Positions 12,965 to 22,852 of a stretch of 41,521 bases of DNA are shown in pieces. Position 1 is the first letter of the stretch. Every line of letters starts with the position of its first letter. The notes below the pieces were generated by a model. It saw only the letters and a program-made list of their open reading frames with translations, searched no databases and was not told where the DNA came from. The translations under genes and the position numbers were made by a program. This DNA is from an uncultured Candidatus Saccharibacteria bacterium (GTDB taxonomy: Bacteria; Patescibacteriota; Minisyncoccia; Phycocordibacterales; GWA1-40-21): positions 1 to 41,521 of the forward strand of contig CAYZNH010000002.1 of NCBI GenBank assembly GCA_964479775.1, read 5' to 3'.

Positions 12965-15124
12965 ATGACAAAAAAAGAATTTTCTATGGAGCTTTGTGGT
13001 AAAACACTCAGTGCAGAGTTCAATGATTTAGTAGAAAATGCGCATGGTTCAGTAATGCTTAGATATGGTGCTACAACCATTCTAGCGACTGCGGTCATGT
13101 CAAAGAATGCAAAAGAAGGGGGAGATTTCTTTCCTTTAACAGTTGACTACGAAGAAAAGTTTTATGCTTCAGGACAAATACTTGGTTCTAGATATACAAG
13201 AAGAGAAGGAAAACCATCAGATGAAGCGATACTTTCTGGAAGAATAGTAGATAGAACTATTAGACCTCTTTTTGATCAATGGATTAGAAATGAAATACAA
13301 GTTGTTATTACTGTACTTTCTCTTGATCAAGATGATCCAGATACACTTGGAGTTATTGCTGCATCTCTCGCTCTTGGAGTTTCAAAAATTCCTTTCAACG
13401 GACCAGTAAGTGCTGTTAGGGTTGGCAAACACAAAAATGATGGATTTGAAGTTAATCCAACATATACAGAAAGAGAAAATGAGGCTTATGAACTAGAACT
13501 TATTGCTTGTGGAAAAGACGGAAATATAAATATGATAGAACTTGCTGGAGACGAAGCTCAAGAACCTACTGTTATTGAAGCAATGAAACTGGCCTCAACA
13601 GAGATTGAAAAAATAAACACTTGGCAAAAAGAAGTTATCTCTCAAATAGGAGTAGAAAAAGTTTCTATTCCAGAGCCAGTAATGCCAGAATCAGTAACTA
13701 AACTTTTCGCAGATAAAATAGAACCAAAACTTGAAAGCTTTATTATGAGTGGAATTCCTGGTGGTTCAAAAATAGGGGAGATAATGAGTGAGTGGTTGAA
13801 ACTCGCCAAAGAAACTTTACCAGAAAATGAAGCAAAATTTGCAGAACATCTTTTTGAGAAAAAAGTTGATGATATGATACACGAACAAGTTCTTAAATAT
13901 GATAGAAGAGCAGACGGAAGAAAGATAGACGAATTAAGACCTTTGTTTGCACAAGCCGGCGGAATTTCTCCTGTGCTTCACGGTTCTGGAATATTCTTTA
14001 GAGGAGGAACACACATATTGTCTGTCCTTACACTTGGCGGACCAAAAGACGCACAGTTAATAGAAGGTATGGAAGAAAAAGAATCAAAGAGATTTATGCA
14101 TCATTACAATTTTCCTCCATTTTCAACCGGTGAAACAGGAAGAATGGGTGGAACAAACAGAAGAATGATTGGACACGGTGCTCTTGCAGAAAAAGCACTA
14201 CTTCCGATGATTCCTAAAGTAGAAGATTTCCCTTATACAATAAGACTTGTTTCTGAAGCCCTTTCTTCAAACGGTTCAACTTCAATGGGATCAGTTTGTG
14301 GTTCAACGCTTGCTCTTATGGATGGAGGAGTACCAATTAAAAAACCAGTCGCAGGTATTGCATCAGGTCTTATGATGGATAAAGATGGAAATTATAAAAT
14401 TCTTACAGATATTCAAGGTCCAGAAGATCACTACGGTGATATGGACTTTAAAGTTGCTGGTACAAAAGATGGTATCACAGCAATACAAATGGATGTAAAA
14501 GTAGAGGGAGTACCAATACCAGCTCTTACTGTTGCTTTCGAAAAAGCAAAGACTGCAAGGCTCCAAATCCTTGATGTAATAACAAAAGCCATACCAGAAT
14601 CAAGAAAAGAAATTTCTCCAAACGCACCCAAAATTCTTGTAATAAAAATTAAGCAAGATCAAATAGGTGGAGTAATTGGTTCTGGAGGAAAAACGATTAA
14701 AGATATTAAAGAGAGAACAGAAGCTGATATAGACATCGAAGATGATGGAACAGTTTATATTACAGGTAAAAATGGTTCCGCAGAAAAAGCTAGAGATATT
14801 ATAGAAGGAATGACACACGAATATAAAGCTGGAGAAAAATATGAAGGAACTGTTATGAGAGTTGAAGCCTTCGGAGCTTTTGTAAATATCGCTCCTGACA
14901 CTGATGGTCTAGTACATGTTTCAGAAATTGCACCATTTAGAATAGATAATGTTGGAGAATATCTAAAAGTAGGTGACAAAGTTCCAGTTGTAGTTAAAGG
15001 AGTAGATGAAAGGGAAAGGATCGCTCTTTCAATAAAAGCAAGAAATCCTGATTTCATTAAAAGAAAAACGCCTCCTACATCTCCAACCCCACCAGTAAAC
15101 CCAACAGTCCAAACAGAAATATAA
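12965..15124 (+). CDS. pnp: Polyribonucleotide nucleotidyltransferase (PNPase)
   Basis: Two RNase PH-like domains (RREGKPSDEAILSGRIVDRTIRPLF; FPPFSTGE; GHGALAEKAL), a KH domain (GGVIGSGGKTIKDI) and an S1 domain (GTVMRVEAFGAFV). I prefer the ATG at 12965 to the TTG at 12902. Confidence 0.95.
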   Translation: MTKKEFSMELCGKTLSAEFNDLVENAHGSVMLRYGATTILATAVMSKNAKEGGDFFPLTVDYEEKFYASGQILGSRYTRREGKPSDEAILSGRIVDRTIRPLFDQWIRNEIQVVITVLSLDQDDPDTLGVIAASLALGVSKIPFNGPVSAVRVGKHKNDGFEVNPTYTERENEAYELELIACGKDGNINMIELAGDEAQEPTVIEAMKLASTEIEKINTWQKEVISQIGVEKVSIPEPVMPESVTKLFADKIEPKLESFIMSGIPGGSKIGEIMSEWLKLAKETLPENEAKFAEHLFEKKVDDMIHEQVLKYDRRADGRKIDELRPLFAQAGGISPVLHGSGIFFRGGTHILSVLTLGGPKDAQLIEGMEEKESKRFMHHYNFPPFSTGETGRMGGTNRRMIGHGALAEKALLPMIPKVEDFPYTIRLVSEALSSNGSTSMGSVCGSTLALMDGGVPIKKPVAGIASGLMMDKDGNYKILTDIQGPEDHYGDMDFKVAGTKDGITAIQMDVKVEGVPIPALTVAFEKAKTARLQILDVITKAIPESRKEISPNAPKILVIKIKQDQIGGVIGSGGKTIKDIKERTEADIDIEDDGTVYITGKNGSAEKARDIIEGMTHEYKAGEKYEGTVMRVEAFGAFVNIAPDTDGLVHVSEIAPFRIDNVGEYLKVGDKVPVVVKGVDERERIALSIKARNPDFIKRKTPPTSPTPPVNPTVQTEI

Positions 15125-15127
15125 TTT

Positions 15128-15164
15128 AAAGCCGACTTTGAAAGACAAAGTCGGCTTTATTTTG
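15128..15164 (+). terminator. pnp terminator
   Basis: aaagccgactttg-aaagac-aaagtcggcttt followed by atttt. Confidence 0.8.
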
Positions 15165-15180
15165 TATAATATCTAAGAAT

Positions 15181-16233
15181 ATGGAAGAAGAAAAAAAGAT
15201 TGAACAAAGCAATACTCAATCTGAAATAAAAGAAGCTATTAACAAAGAGCTTTCTTCTTATATTAATCAACAAACAACACCCACAAACACGGAAAATAAT
15301 ATTAAAAACGATTCGACAATCTTAGAACAAAAACCCAAAATAAATAAACCAATAATCAGAACATACAGAAGTGATGCTGAAGAAACTATCAAATCTGGCC
15401 ATATATCATCGATCAATATGGCGATTGCAGAAAGTAACAAAATACTTAGAAATTCACAAAATAAACAAGAAATTGATTCTGAAAAAAAGAAAATCATAAT
15501 AAATAAAACTTTTATAATAATAAGCTTAATTTTTATATTTGGTGGTATTTTATCTATAGGTGTACCATATTTACTTGTTAACAAAAAAGATAATCAAACA
15601 ATTATAGATGATAAAGATATATCAAAATCTATAATAACCCCCAATTTAATCGAAAAAATAAACATAAATGATTTAAATCTTGATAGAGTAGCAACAACAC
15701 TAAAGGAAAGGGTTGATCAATCCTCTACAAAACTAGGACAAATAAAAAATATCTATCTAACAGATAGTAAAGATTCTACTGAAGAACTAATTACTTCTAC
15801 TAAATTTTTAAATTTAATTAAAGCAAACATACCAGAAGAAATTCAGAGAACAATCAAACCACAGTATATGTTTGGTATGCACAACTTCGATGGTAATCAA
15901 AGATTTTTGATAATAAAAACCGGATCATATGATACAACTTTTGCTGGTATGCTTTCTTGGGAAAATGATTTATGGCAGGATTTTAAAGAAGTGTTTTCTT
16001 TAAAATCTGATGAAACAAATGAACAAACATCGACTATTTCTATGGGAATAGAGATCAAAAAATTTCAAGATGCAGTATTTAATAACAAAGACTGCAGGGT
16101 TGTAAAAAATTCTATTGGAGAAATAATATTTTTATATTCAATAATAGACAAAAATACAGTAGTTATAACAACAAACGTCAACACACTCAGAGAAATAATA
16201 AGTAGAATAAATAAAGCTTCTATAACACAATAG
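15181..16233 (+). CDS. Hypothetical single-pass membrane protein (350 aa)
   Basis: Polar N/K/Q-rich N-terminus, one TM helix (IIISLIFIFGGILSIGVPYLLV), then a ~210-aa extracytoplasmic domain. No family recognised. Confidence 0.7.
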   Translation: MEEEKKIEQSNTQSEIKEAINKELSSYINQQTTPTNTENNIKNDSTILEQKPKINKPIIRTYRSDAEETIKSGHISSINMAIAESNKILRNSQNKQEIDSEKKKIIINKTFIIISLIFIFGGILSIGVPYLLVNKKDNQTIIDDKDISKSIITPNLIEKININDLNLDRVATTLKERVDQSSTKLGQIKNIYLTDSKDSTEELITSTKFLNLIKANIPEEIQRTIKPQYMFGMHNFDGNQRFLIIKTGSYDTTFAGMLSWENDLWQDFKEVFSLKSDETNEQTSTISMGIEIKKFQDAVFNNKDCRVVKNSIGEIIFLYSIIDKNTVVITTNVNTLREIISRINKASITQ

Positions 16234-16278
16234 TTTATCACTTGCTTGATATATATATTTTGTTAGAATTAAAATACT

Positions 16279-16635
16279 ATGATAGATACAAAAAAATACA
16301 AAGAAAAACTTGAGGTTGAACTACAGTTAGTAGAAAAAGAACTTAATGAAATTGCAAGAAGAAACCCAAACAACCCAAAAGATTGGGAACCAGTTGAGTC
16401 AGATATGGGAACAGATGGTTCTGATCCAAACGATGTTGCAGATGAAATGGAAAGTTTTGAAGAAAATACAGCAATATTAAGTAAACTTGAAGCCCAATAC
16501 AATGATATCAAACTCGCTCTAGGTAAAATAGATGAAGGAACTTATGGTAAATGTGAAGTTGGAGGTGAAGATATAAACGAAAGCAGACTCGATGCAAACC
16601 CATCCGCAAGAACTTGTATAGAACACGCAAAATAA
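16279..16635 (+). CDS. DksA/TraR-family protein lacking the full Cys4 zinc finger
   Basis: Coiled-coil N-terminal part, acidic tip (DPNDVADEMESFEEN), then C-terminal GTYGKCEVGGEDINESRLDANPSARTCIEHAK with only two Cys. Confidence 0.75.
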   Translation: MIDTKKYKEKLEVELQLVEKELNEIARRNPNNPKDWEPVESDMGTDGSDPNDVADEMESFEENTAILSKLEAQYNDIKLALGKIDEGTYGKCEVGGEDINESRLDANPSARTCIEHAK

Positions 16636-16654
16636 ATTAAATAATTTAGTAAAA

Positions 16655-16683
16655 CAAAAAAACACCACAAGGTGTTTTTTTGT
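16655..16683 (+). terminator. Rho-independent terminator
   Basis: aaaaaaacacc-acaa-ggtgtttttttg. Confidence 0.8.
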
Positions 16684-16761
16684 TTTCTATACCTAAATGA
16701 TTTTATTATTAAGCAACACTAATGTATAATAAATTTAATTTAATATTTTATTTATTTTAAA

Positions 16762-18324
16762 ATGTCCTTTGCAAAAACATATAGTGCACAAATAGTTGGA
16801 CTCGGAGCAAAAATAATAGATGTAGAAGTAGATATATCAAAAGGACTAAATTCTTTTTCTATTGTTGGTCTTCCAGATAAAGCCGTAGAAGAATCTAGAG
16901 ACAGAGTTTCTGCTTCAATAAAAAATTCAAATTTTACATCACCAAAAAGTTTAAATCAAAAAACAATTGTTTCTTTGGCACCTGCAGATATCAAAAAAGA
17001 AGGACCAGCTTTTGATGTCGCAATATCTCTAGCATACTTACTTGCAAACCAAGAAATAAAATTTGATTCAAAAGATAAGTTGTTTATCGGTGAATTATCA
17101 CTAGATGGTAAATTAAGAAAAATAAATGGAGTACTACCCATAATATTAGAAGCCAAAAATAAAGGTTTCAAAGATATTTTTTTACCAAAAGATAATGCTC
17201 ATGAAGCATCATTAATAAAAAACGTTAACATTTATGCTATAGAAAATCTAAATGAAATTATTAATCATTTAAATGAGAAAATAATTAATAAAAAAAGCGA
17301 CAACATAAAAACAAAATTAAAACCACACAATAGAGTAGAAGAAGAAGATAAAAACAATTATTGTTCAATAGACTTTTCAGATATAAAAGGACAAGAAACA
17401 GCAAAAAGAGGGTTAGAAATTGCAGCAGCTGGACGTCATAATATAGCAATGTTTGGACCACCCGGAACAGGAAAGACTATGCTAGCAAAAGCTTTTTCAG
17501 AAATTCTACCGCCACTTTCTTTTGATGAAATCATTGAAATAACATCAATACATTCAGTTGCGGGAATCTTAAAAGATAACATTATACAAAAGCCACCTGT
17601 AAGATCTCCACACCATACATCATCTTATGTTTCTTTGGTTGGTGGTGGCTCAATACCGAAACCAGGAGAAATAACCCTAGCACACGGTGGTGTATTGTTT
17701 CTAGATGAATTTCCAGAATTTGATAAAAAAGTAATAGAAGCACTGAGAGAACCATTAGAAGAAGGTGAGATAAGTATATCAAGAGCAAAAGGAACGCAAA
17801 CATTCCCTGCTAATTTTATTTTAATTGCAGCAATGAATCCTTGTCCTTGTGGAAATTTTGGTTCAAAAAATAAAGAATGTATTTGTAAACCACTAGATTT
17901 ACTTAGATATCAAAGAAAAATTTCTGGGCCAATAGCAGACAGGGTGGATATGTGGGTAGAAGTATCACAAATAGATTACGAAAAATTATCAGAAAAAAAC
18001 TGTACCGAAAGGGAGACCCCTAAAATAAAAGAAAGAATAATTGGTGCAAGAAAAAAACAATCAGAAAGATTTAAAGAATTAAACTATAAAATAAAGACAA
18101 ATAGTGAAATCGAAGCAAAAGATATAAACAAATTACTTCCATTAAAAGATGAAATAAAAGAAATATTAAATATCTCAGCCAAAAGATTAAACTTATCTGC
18201 AAGAGCATATCATCGTATAATCAAACTAGCGAGAACAATTGCAGATTTGGATAATTGTGAAGAAATAGAAAAAAGTCACATACTAGAAGCTATACAATAC
18301 AGACCGAAACAAAACCAATTTTAA
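16762..18324 (+). CDS. comM: YifB/ComM-family Mg-chelatase-like AAA+ ATPase
   Basis: N-terminal Lon-protease-like domain (IVGLPDKAVEESRDRV), FSDIKGQETAKRGLEIAAAGRHNIAMFGPPGTGKTMLAKA, GGVLFLDEFPEF and a zinc-ribbon insert CPCGNFGSKNKECIC. Confidence 0.93.
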   Translation: MSFAKTYSAQIVGLGAKIIDVEVDISKGLNSFSIVGLPDKAVEESRDRVSASIKNSNFTSPKSLNQKTIVSLAPADIKKEGPAFDVAISLAYLLANQEIKFDSKDKLFIGELSLDGKLRKINGVLPIILEAKNKGFKDIFLPKDNAHEASLIKNVNIYAIENLNEIINHLNEKIINKKSDNIKTKLKPHNRVEEEDKNNYCSIDFSDIKGQETAKRGLEIAAAGRHNIAMFGPPGTGKTMLAKAFSEILPPLSFDEIIEITSIHSVAGILKDNIIQKPPVRSPHHTSSYVSLVGGGSIPKPGEITLAHGGVLFLDEFPEFDKKVIEALREPLEEGEISISRAKGTQTFPANFILIAAMNPCPCGNFGSKNKECICKPLDLLRYQRKISGPIADRVDMWVEVSQIDYEKLSEKNCTERETPKIKERIIGARKKQSERFKELNYKIKTNSEIEAKDINKLLPLKDEIKEILNISAKRLNLSARAYHRIIKLARTIADLDNCEEIEKSHILEAIQYRPKQNQF

Positions 18325-18344
18325 TATTATGTTATAATAAAAAT

Positions 18345-19154
18345 ATGACTAACGATTATAGAAAACCTCTAGGAGCAGACGACCTATTCAACAAGGTAAA
18401 GATGGCAAAAGAAGCCGAGATAGAAAGAAAAAAAGCCGAAGAAATAAAAAAGAGAAGGGAACAAGATTCACTACAATTAAAGATAAATAATCTTAAACAT
18501 GAATTAAATTTATTAAAAAGTGAAGCAAAAACAAAAGAAAGTAAATCATTTTCTATCAAAAGAGATTTAGAAACTCTAAATAGAAAACTAGTTCTAGAAC
18601 AAATAGAACTAAAGAAAGAAGAAACTAGTTTTAAATATAATACAACAGAAAAAAATCAAAATAATATAAACGAACATAATAATCTAGAGCCTAAACTCAT
18701 CGAAATAAAAAGAAAACAAAATTCTTTAGAAGTTGATAAACAAGAATACAATAGAGAATTAGAAGGGGAAAAAAACAAACTAATAGATCTCCAGAAACAA
18801 ATAACTATTATAAATGGAAATATTCAAAGAATTAAAAATGATATCACTAACATAGAAAGAGATTTATCAAAGACTAAAAGCGAACAAACTAAAATAGAAT
18901 TGGAAATACAAAAGATAAATAAAAATAATCAAGAATTAGAAAATTCTCAAAAAACAAAAAACAGCGAGAATAAAAAGAAAACAGAAAATATATTACAAAT
19001 CAAAAAAACAATAGATAGATCAAAGATAGAATTATCAAACAAAGAATCAGAAAAGGGTAAGATAGAATCTGAAGCAGAAAGAACAAAAAAGGAAATAGAA
19101 ACAAGAGAAAATGAAATTAAGAGATTAGAAAAACAAATTTCAGAAATAAAATAA
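18345..19154 (+). CDS. Lys/Glu-rich coiled-coil protein (269 aa), function unknown
   Basis: Continuous heptad-like K/E/N/I composition with no TM segment. Located 20 nt downstream of comM. Confidence 0.65.
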   Translation: MTNDYRKPLGADDLFNKVKMAKEAEIERKKAEEIKKRREQDSLQLKINNLKHELNLLKSEAKTKESKSFSIKRDLETLNRKLVLEQIELKKEETSFKYNTTEKNQNNINEHNNLEPKLIEIKRKQNSLEVDKQEYNRELEGEKNKLIDLQKQITIINGNIQRIKNDITNIERDLSKTKSEQTKIELEIQKINKNNQELENSQKTKNSENKKKTENILQIKKTIDRSKIELSNKESEKGKIESEAERTKKEIETRENEIKRLEKQISEIK

Positions 19155-19180
19155 AAAAAACGCTATATAGCGTTTTTTTT
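19153..19180. terminator. Bidirectional terminator between convergent genes
   Basis: aaaaaaaacgctatatagcgtttttttt. Confidence 0.8.
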
Positions 19181-19200
19181 ATTTTATTTTTTATTAAAAA

Positions 19201-20376
19201 CTAAAATGGATTTTTTGCTCCTCTAATCTCAAAATGTAAGTGTGTACCATCACCCCCTCTAGCTGGTATAACTTTACCAGTATTACCCATTGATCCTATA
19301 ACCTGACCCTGAACAACATAAGAACCTTCTGAAACAAGAGTGTCACTTAAGTGACTATAAAGAGTCTGTGTTCCGTTTGGGTGAGAAATAACTATATAAG
19401 AACCATAACCTCCGTTCCATCCAGAAGACCTACTTATCATAACTTCACCAGAAGCCGAAGCCAATATATTTGAGCCATAAGATGAAGCAATATCAATACC
19501 ATTATAACCGTGTATTCCTTGAGTCTTTACACCACCTATAACAGGTCTAATATAATACCCCTCATATGAAGGTCCACTTCCTCCTCTATATGGATTAGAA
19601 GAACTAATAGTTTTCACTGAGCCACTAACTTTTACAGAGCCCTCTCCATCTGGAATAATTAATGTGTCACCAAGCGATAGAATTACGCCTTCCTCAAGAT
19701 TATTAAATTGGATAATTTCTTCTGAATCTGCTTTATATCTTTTAGCAATAGTACTAATCGTATCTCCTTTAACTATTGTATGTATAGTTCCAGATACAGG
19801 TAAAATAACAAGTACTTGTCCCTCTTTTAAATTTTTTACACTTACATCATTAGCCCAAATAATAGTATTCGTAGATACTCCAAACATTTCAGCTATCCCA
19901 GACAAAGTATCACCTTTTCTCACAACATACTTACTAATTTGACCAGTACTTACAGTTTCACTTATATCTGCAAAAGTCCCTGATGGTCCACTTTCTGCAA
20001 ACAAAGCTTCATTATCAACAATTGTTATATCTCCACCACCTCTAGCCCCAACAAGATCAAAATTAACAGAGCTTTGAAGTAACGGAACATTACGAGAAGT
20101 ATAACTTTCTTCAGAAATATCACTACTACTTTTTTCTTCGGACAAAAAATCAGAAATCAAAGAAAAAACACCGGCTTTTGTAATAACTGGTGTTCCAAGA
20201 ATTAACATAAACACAAAAAACCATTTTAAAAAAATGGCTAAAGATAAGGATTTTATAGATTGACCCTCGGAATCTTTTCCTCTCATAAGGTCTTTTTTAG
20301 TTATTTTTTGTAAAATAAGCCTATTTTTTAAAGGTTTTTCTGTTTCCCTGAAATCAAAACGGCTTTGTTGAGCCAT
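19201..20376 (-). CDS. LysM-domain M23 peptidoglycan metalloendopeptidase
   Basis: TM anchor, two LysM repeats (YVVRKGDTLSGIAEMFGVS; HTIVKGDTISTIAKRYKAD), and M23 motifs GIDIASSYGSNILASASGEV, YSHLS and THLHFEIR. Confidence 0.92.
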   Translation of the reverse strand: MAQQSRFDFRETEKPLKNRLILQKITKKDLMRGKDSEGQSIKSLSLAIFLKWFFVFMLILGTPVITKAGVFSLISDFLSEEKSSSDISEESYTSRNVPLLQSSVNFDLVGARGGGDITIVDNEALFAESGPSGTFADISETVSTGQISKYVVRKGDTLSGIAEMFGVSTNTIIWANDVSVKNLKEGQVLVILPVSGTIHTIVKGDTISTIAKRYKADSEEIIQFNNLEEGVILSLGDTLIIPDGEGSVKVSGSVKTISSSNPYRGGSGPSYEGYYIRPVIGGVKTQGIHGYNGIDIASSYGSNILASASGEVMISRSSGWNGGYGSYIVISHPNGTQTLYSHLSDTLVSEGSYVVQGQVIGSMGNTGKVIPARGGDGTHLHFEIRGAKNPF

Positions 20377-20532
20377 TTTTTAGGATTTTTCCGTGTATTT
20401 CCGTATATATACAATGGTAGCACCTAGGTATAGATAGTCAACAAGGTTATCAACAAGTCTAAAAAGTATTGATAAATAAAGATAAAATGTAAGATTAGTA
20501 TTTAACAAAAATTACCTGTTATACTTAGCAGT

Positions 20533-22479
20533 ATGCAACATTTAGAAGGATTAAATGAAAAACAAAAAGAGGCTGTTTTACAAAAAGACGGGCCAGTTTT
20601 AATAATCGCAGGTGCAGGTGCTGGTAAAACCAAAACAATTACACATAGAATTTTACATCTTATTAAGGAAGGTGTTTCACCAGAGAATATTCTAGCAATA
20701 ACTTTTACAAACAAAGCAGCAAAAGAAATGAGGGAAAGGGTAGAAAAGATAATTCATGAAGATAAAAATCTTAACCTCCCAACTTTCATGTCTCAAAAAC
20801 CTTTTGTTAGTACTTTTCACTCACTAGGAGTTTTCATACTAAAAGAAAACAGTAGATTACTTAATCTCACAAGAAATTTTAGTATTATGGACAGGAGTGA
20901 TTCTTCTAAACTTATTAAAGATTGTTTAAAGTCACTAGACATAGATCCAAAACAATTTGAACCAAATAAAATATTAAATATTATTTCTAGAGAAAAAGGT
21001 GATTTAAATACTCCAGAAAATTACGCGATTGGTTCTGAAAAAAATGGTTTCACATTACAAGCAGTTGTTGGAAAAGTTTGGCCATTATATGAAAAGAAAC
21101 TTGGAGAAGAAAAAGCCCTAGATTTTGATGACTTACTTTCAAAAACTTATTTTCTTTTGAAAAATCACAAAGAAGTTTTGGAAAAATATCAAAATATTTG
21201 GAAATATATTCACATAGATGAATATCAAGATACAAACAAGGTTCAATATATGACTGTGAAACTTCTCGCACAAAAATACAGAAATGTTTGTGTAGTGGGA
21301 GATATGGATCAAAGTATTTATAGCTGGCGTGGTGCTGATATTCAAAATATTTTAAGTTTTGAAGAAGATTACCCTGAAGCAAAAGTTATTTTACTTGAAC
21401 AGAATTATCGTTCAACACAAACAATAATTACAATTGCAAACGAGGTTATAAAGAAAAATAAAATAAGGAAAGAAAAAAACTTATTTACAAAAAACGAAGA
21501 AGGAGAAAAAGTTTCTTTTTTAAAAGGTTTAAACGAAACAGAAGAAGCTAGGTTTATAGCCAGAAAATCACAAGAATTAATAGAAAAGGGGATAAGTCCA
21601 AGAGAGATTGCGGTGCTATATAGAGCCAATTTCCAATCTCGTGTACTTGAAGAAGCTTTTCTCACAGAAAATGTTCCTTACCAAGTTTTGGGTACAAAAT
21701 TTTTCGATAGAAAAGAAGTTAAAGATGTTTTATCTTTTTTACGTGCATCACTAAATCCAGAAAGTTTAAGTGATATAAAAAGAATAATAAATGTTCCAGC
21801 AAGAGGAATAGGGAAAGTTACGGTATTAAAAATATTCGAAGGTAAAAAAGATTCATTACCACTCGGAGTAAAAGAAAAAGTTAATTCTTTTTTTAATCTA
21901 TTAGAAAAAATTAAAAAGGAAACTGAAGATAAAAGACCATCTGAGGTTATTAAATTTATAATAAAAGAAAGTGGACTTGAATTAGAATTACAAAAAGGAA
22001 ACGATGAAGACAAAGAAAGACTTGAAAACATGCGGGAACTTGCAACCCTAGCTACAAAATATGATCACTTACCAAGACAAGAAGGTATCGAAAAACTTTT
22101 AGAAGAATGTGCACTCACAAGTGATCAAGACTCACTTGAAAAAAATGAAAACGCTGTAAAACTCATGACGGTTCATGCCTCAAAAGGTTTGGAGTTTGAT
22201 TATGTTTTTATAACAGGACTTGAAGAAAATCTTTTTCCACACCAACCTGTCGGTAGGGAAGAAAAAACTCCAGAAGAAATAGAAGAGGAGAGGAGACTTT
22301 TCTATGTTGCACTTACTCGCGCAAGAAAGAAACTTTTCTTAACTTATGCAGAAATGAGAACAATTTTTGGTTCGCAACAAATGAATTTGCCTTCGAGTTT
22401 TTTCGCAGATTTTGATAATAACTTTTTAGAAGAGGAAAAGTTTGAGTATAGGGAGAAGATTGTGTATCTGGAATGGTAA
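20533..22479 (+). CDS. pcrA: UvrD/PcrA-type ATP-dependent DNA helicase
   Basis: LNEKQKEAV, AGAGAGKTKTITHRI, TFHS, DEYQDTN, QNYRST, VHASKGLEFDYVFI and YVALTRARKKL. Confidence 0.95.
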   Translation: MQHLEGLNEKQKEAVLQKDGPVLIIAGAGAGKTKTITHRILHLIKEGVSPENILAITFTNKAAKEMRERVEKIIHEDKNLNLPTFMSQKPFVSTFHSLGVFILKENSRLLNLTRNFSIMDRSDSSKLIKDCLKSLDIDPKQFEPNKILNIISREKGDLNTPENYAIGSEKNGFTLQAVVGKVWPLYEKKLGEEKALDFDDLLSKTYFLLKNHKEVLEKYQNIWKYIHIDEYQDTNKVQYMTVKLLAQKYRNVCVVGDMDQSIYSWRGADIQNILSFEEDYPEAKVILLEQNYRSTQTIITIANEVIKKNKIRKEKNLFTKNEEGEKVSFLKGLNETEEARFIARKSQELIEKGISPREIAVLYRANFQSRVLEEAFLTENVPYQVLGTKFFDRKEVKDVLSFLRASLNPESLSDIKRIINVPARGIGKVTVLKIFEGKKDSLPLGVKEKVNSFFNLLEKIKKETEDKRPSEVIKFIIKESGLELELQKGNDEDKERLENMRELATLATKYDHLPRQEGIEKLLEECALTSDQDSLEKNENAVKLMTVHASKGLEFDYVFITGLEENLFPHQPVGREEKTPEEIEEERRLFYVALTRARKKLFLTYAEMRTIFGSQQMNLPSSFFADFDNNFLEEEKFEYREKIVYLEW

Positions 22480-22480
22480 A

Positions 22481-22634
22481 GGCTCGCTCGTATTTGTTTT
22501 CTAAAAGCACGATAAAACTGCCGTCAGTCACGGCAGTTTTTCTCTACTCAATAAATTTGTTGCTACAAATTTATTTCCGTAAGGCTTTTAGAAAGCAAAT
22601 ACTCGCTCGCTAGTGAAAAATACAAATACAAAAG
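22481..22634 (+). repeat. Repeat family 2, copy D1 (three-hairpin element abutting the pcrA stop codon; contains a terminator hairpin)
   Basis: Closing stem gtatttgttttctaaaagc (22490-22508) / gcttttagaaagcaaatac (22584-22602). Inner hairpins actgccg-tcagtca-cggcagt+TTTT and aataaatttgt-tgc-tacaaatttatt. Conserved linkers AGCACGATA, TTCTCTACTCA and TTCCGTAAGGC. Tail GCTAGTGAAAAATACAAATACAAAAG. Confidence 0.8.
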
Positions 22635-22639
22635 ACTTG

Positions 22640-22790
22640 CCTCGAGAGATAGTATTTTTTCTGTCATTACGAGGTGGGTGTTGGGATGGGACCCAACACG
22701 CAAGACTCATTGAGAGCTTTTGTAATCAAAAGATCCAATGAGTGGACAGTCTCTGTAAGAGAGTAATCCGACGTGGTAATCCAGTGTTTT
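22640..22790 (+). repeat. Repeat family 1, short copy C
   Basis: actcattg (22705-22712) / caatgagt (22736-22743) enclose GAG-cttttg-taat-caaaag-ATC, followed by the tctc-tgtaa-gaga hairpin (22750-22762). An upstream hairpin is gtgttggg/cccaacac. Confidence 0.65.
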
Positions 22791-22852
22791 GTATTGTCAT
22801 TCCCGCGTAGGCGGGAATGACACAAATACAATAACTACAACATTTATAACAC
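22791..22852 (+). repeat. Repeat family 3, compact copy
   Basis: gtattgtcattcccgcgtaggcgggaatgacacaaatacaataactacaacatttataacac. The ATTCCC-N8-GGGAAT core is at 22799-22818. It lies about 40 nt upstream of rsmA. Confidence 0.7.

Noticed and set aside
14363-15057. Several 66-100-aa antisense ORFs inside pnp. Similar ones occur inside the recombinase, comM, pcrA, the VirB6-like gene (26703-28571), the VirB4-like gene (31114-31740) and yidC/rnpA.
   Set aside because: All are fully embedded antisense in well-supported conserved genes and have low-complexity or hydrophobic junk composition. They are typical shadow ORFs of AT-rich coding DNA.
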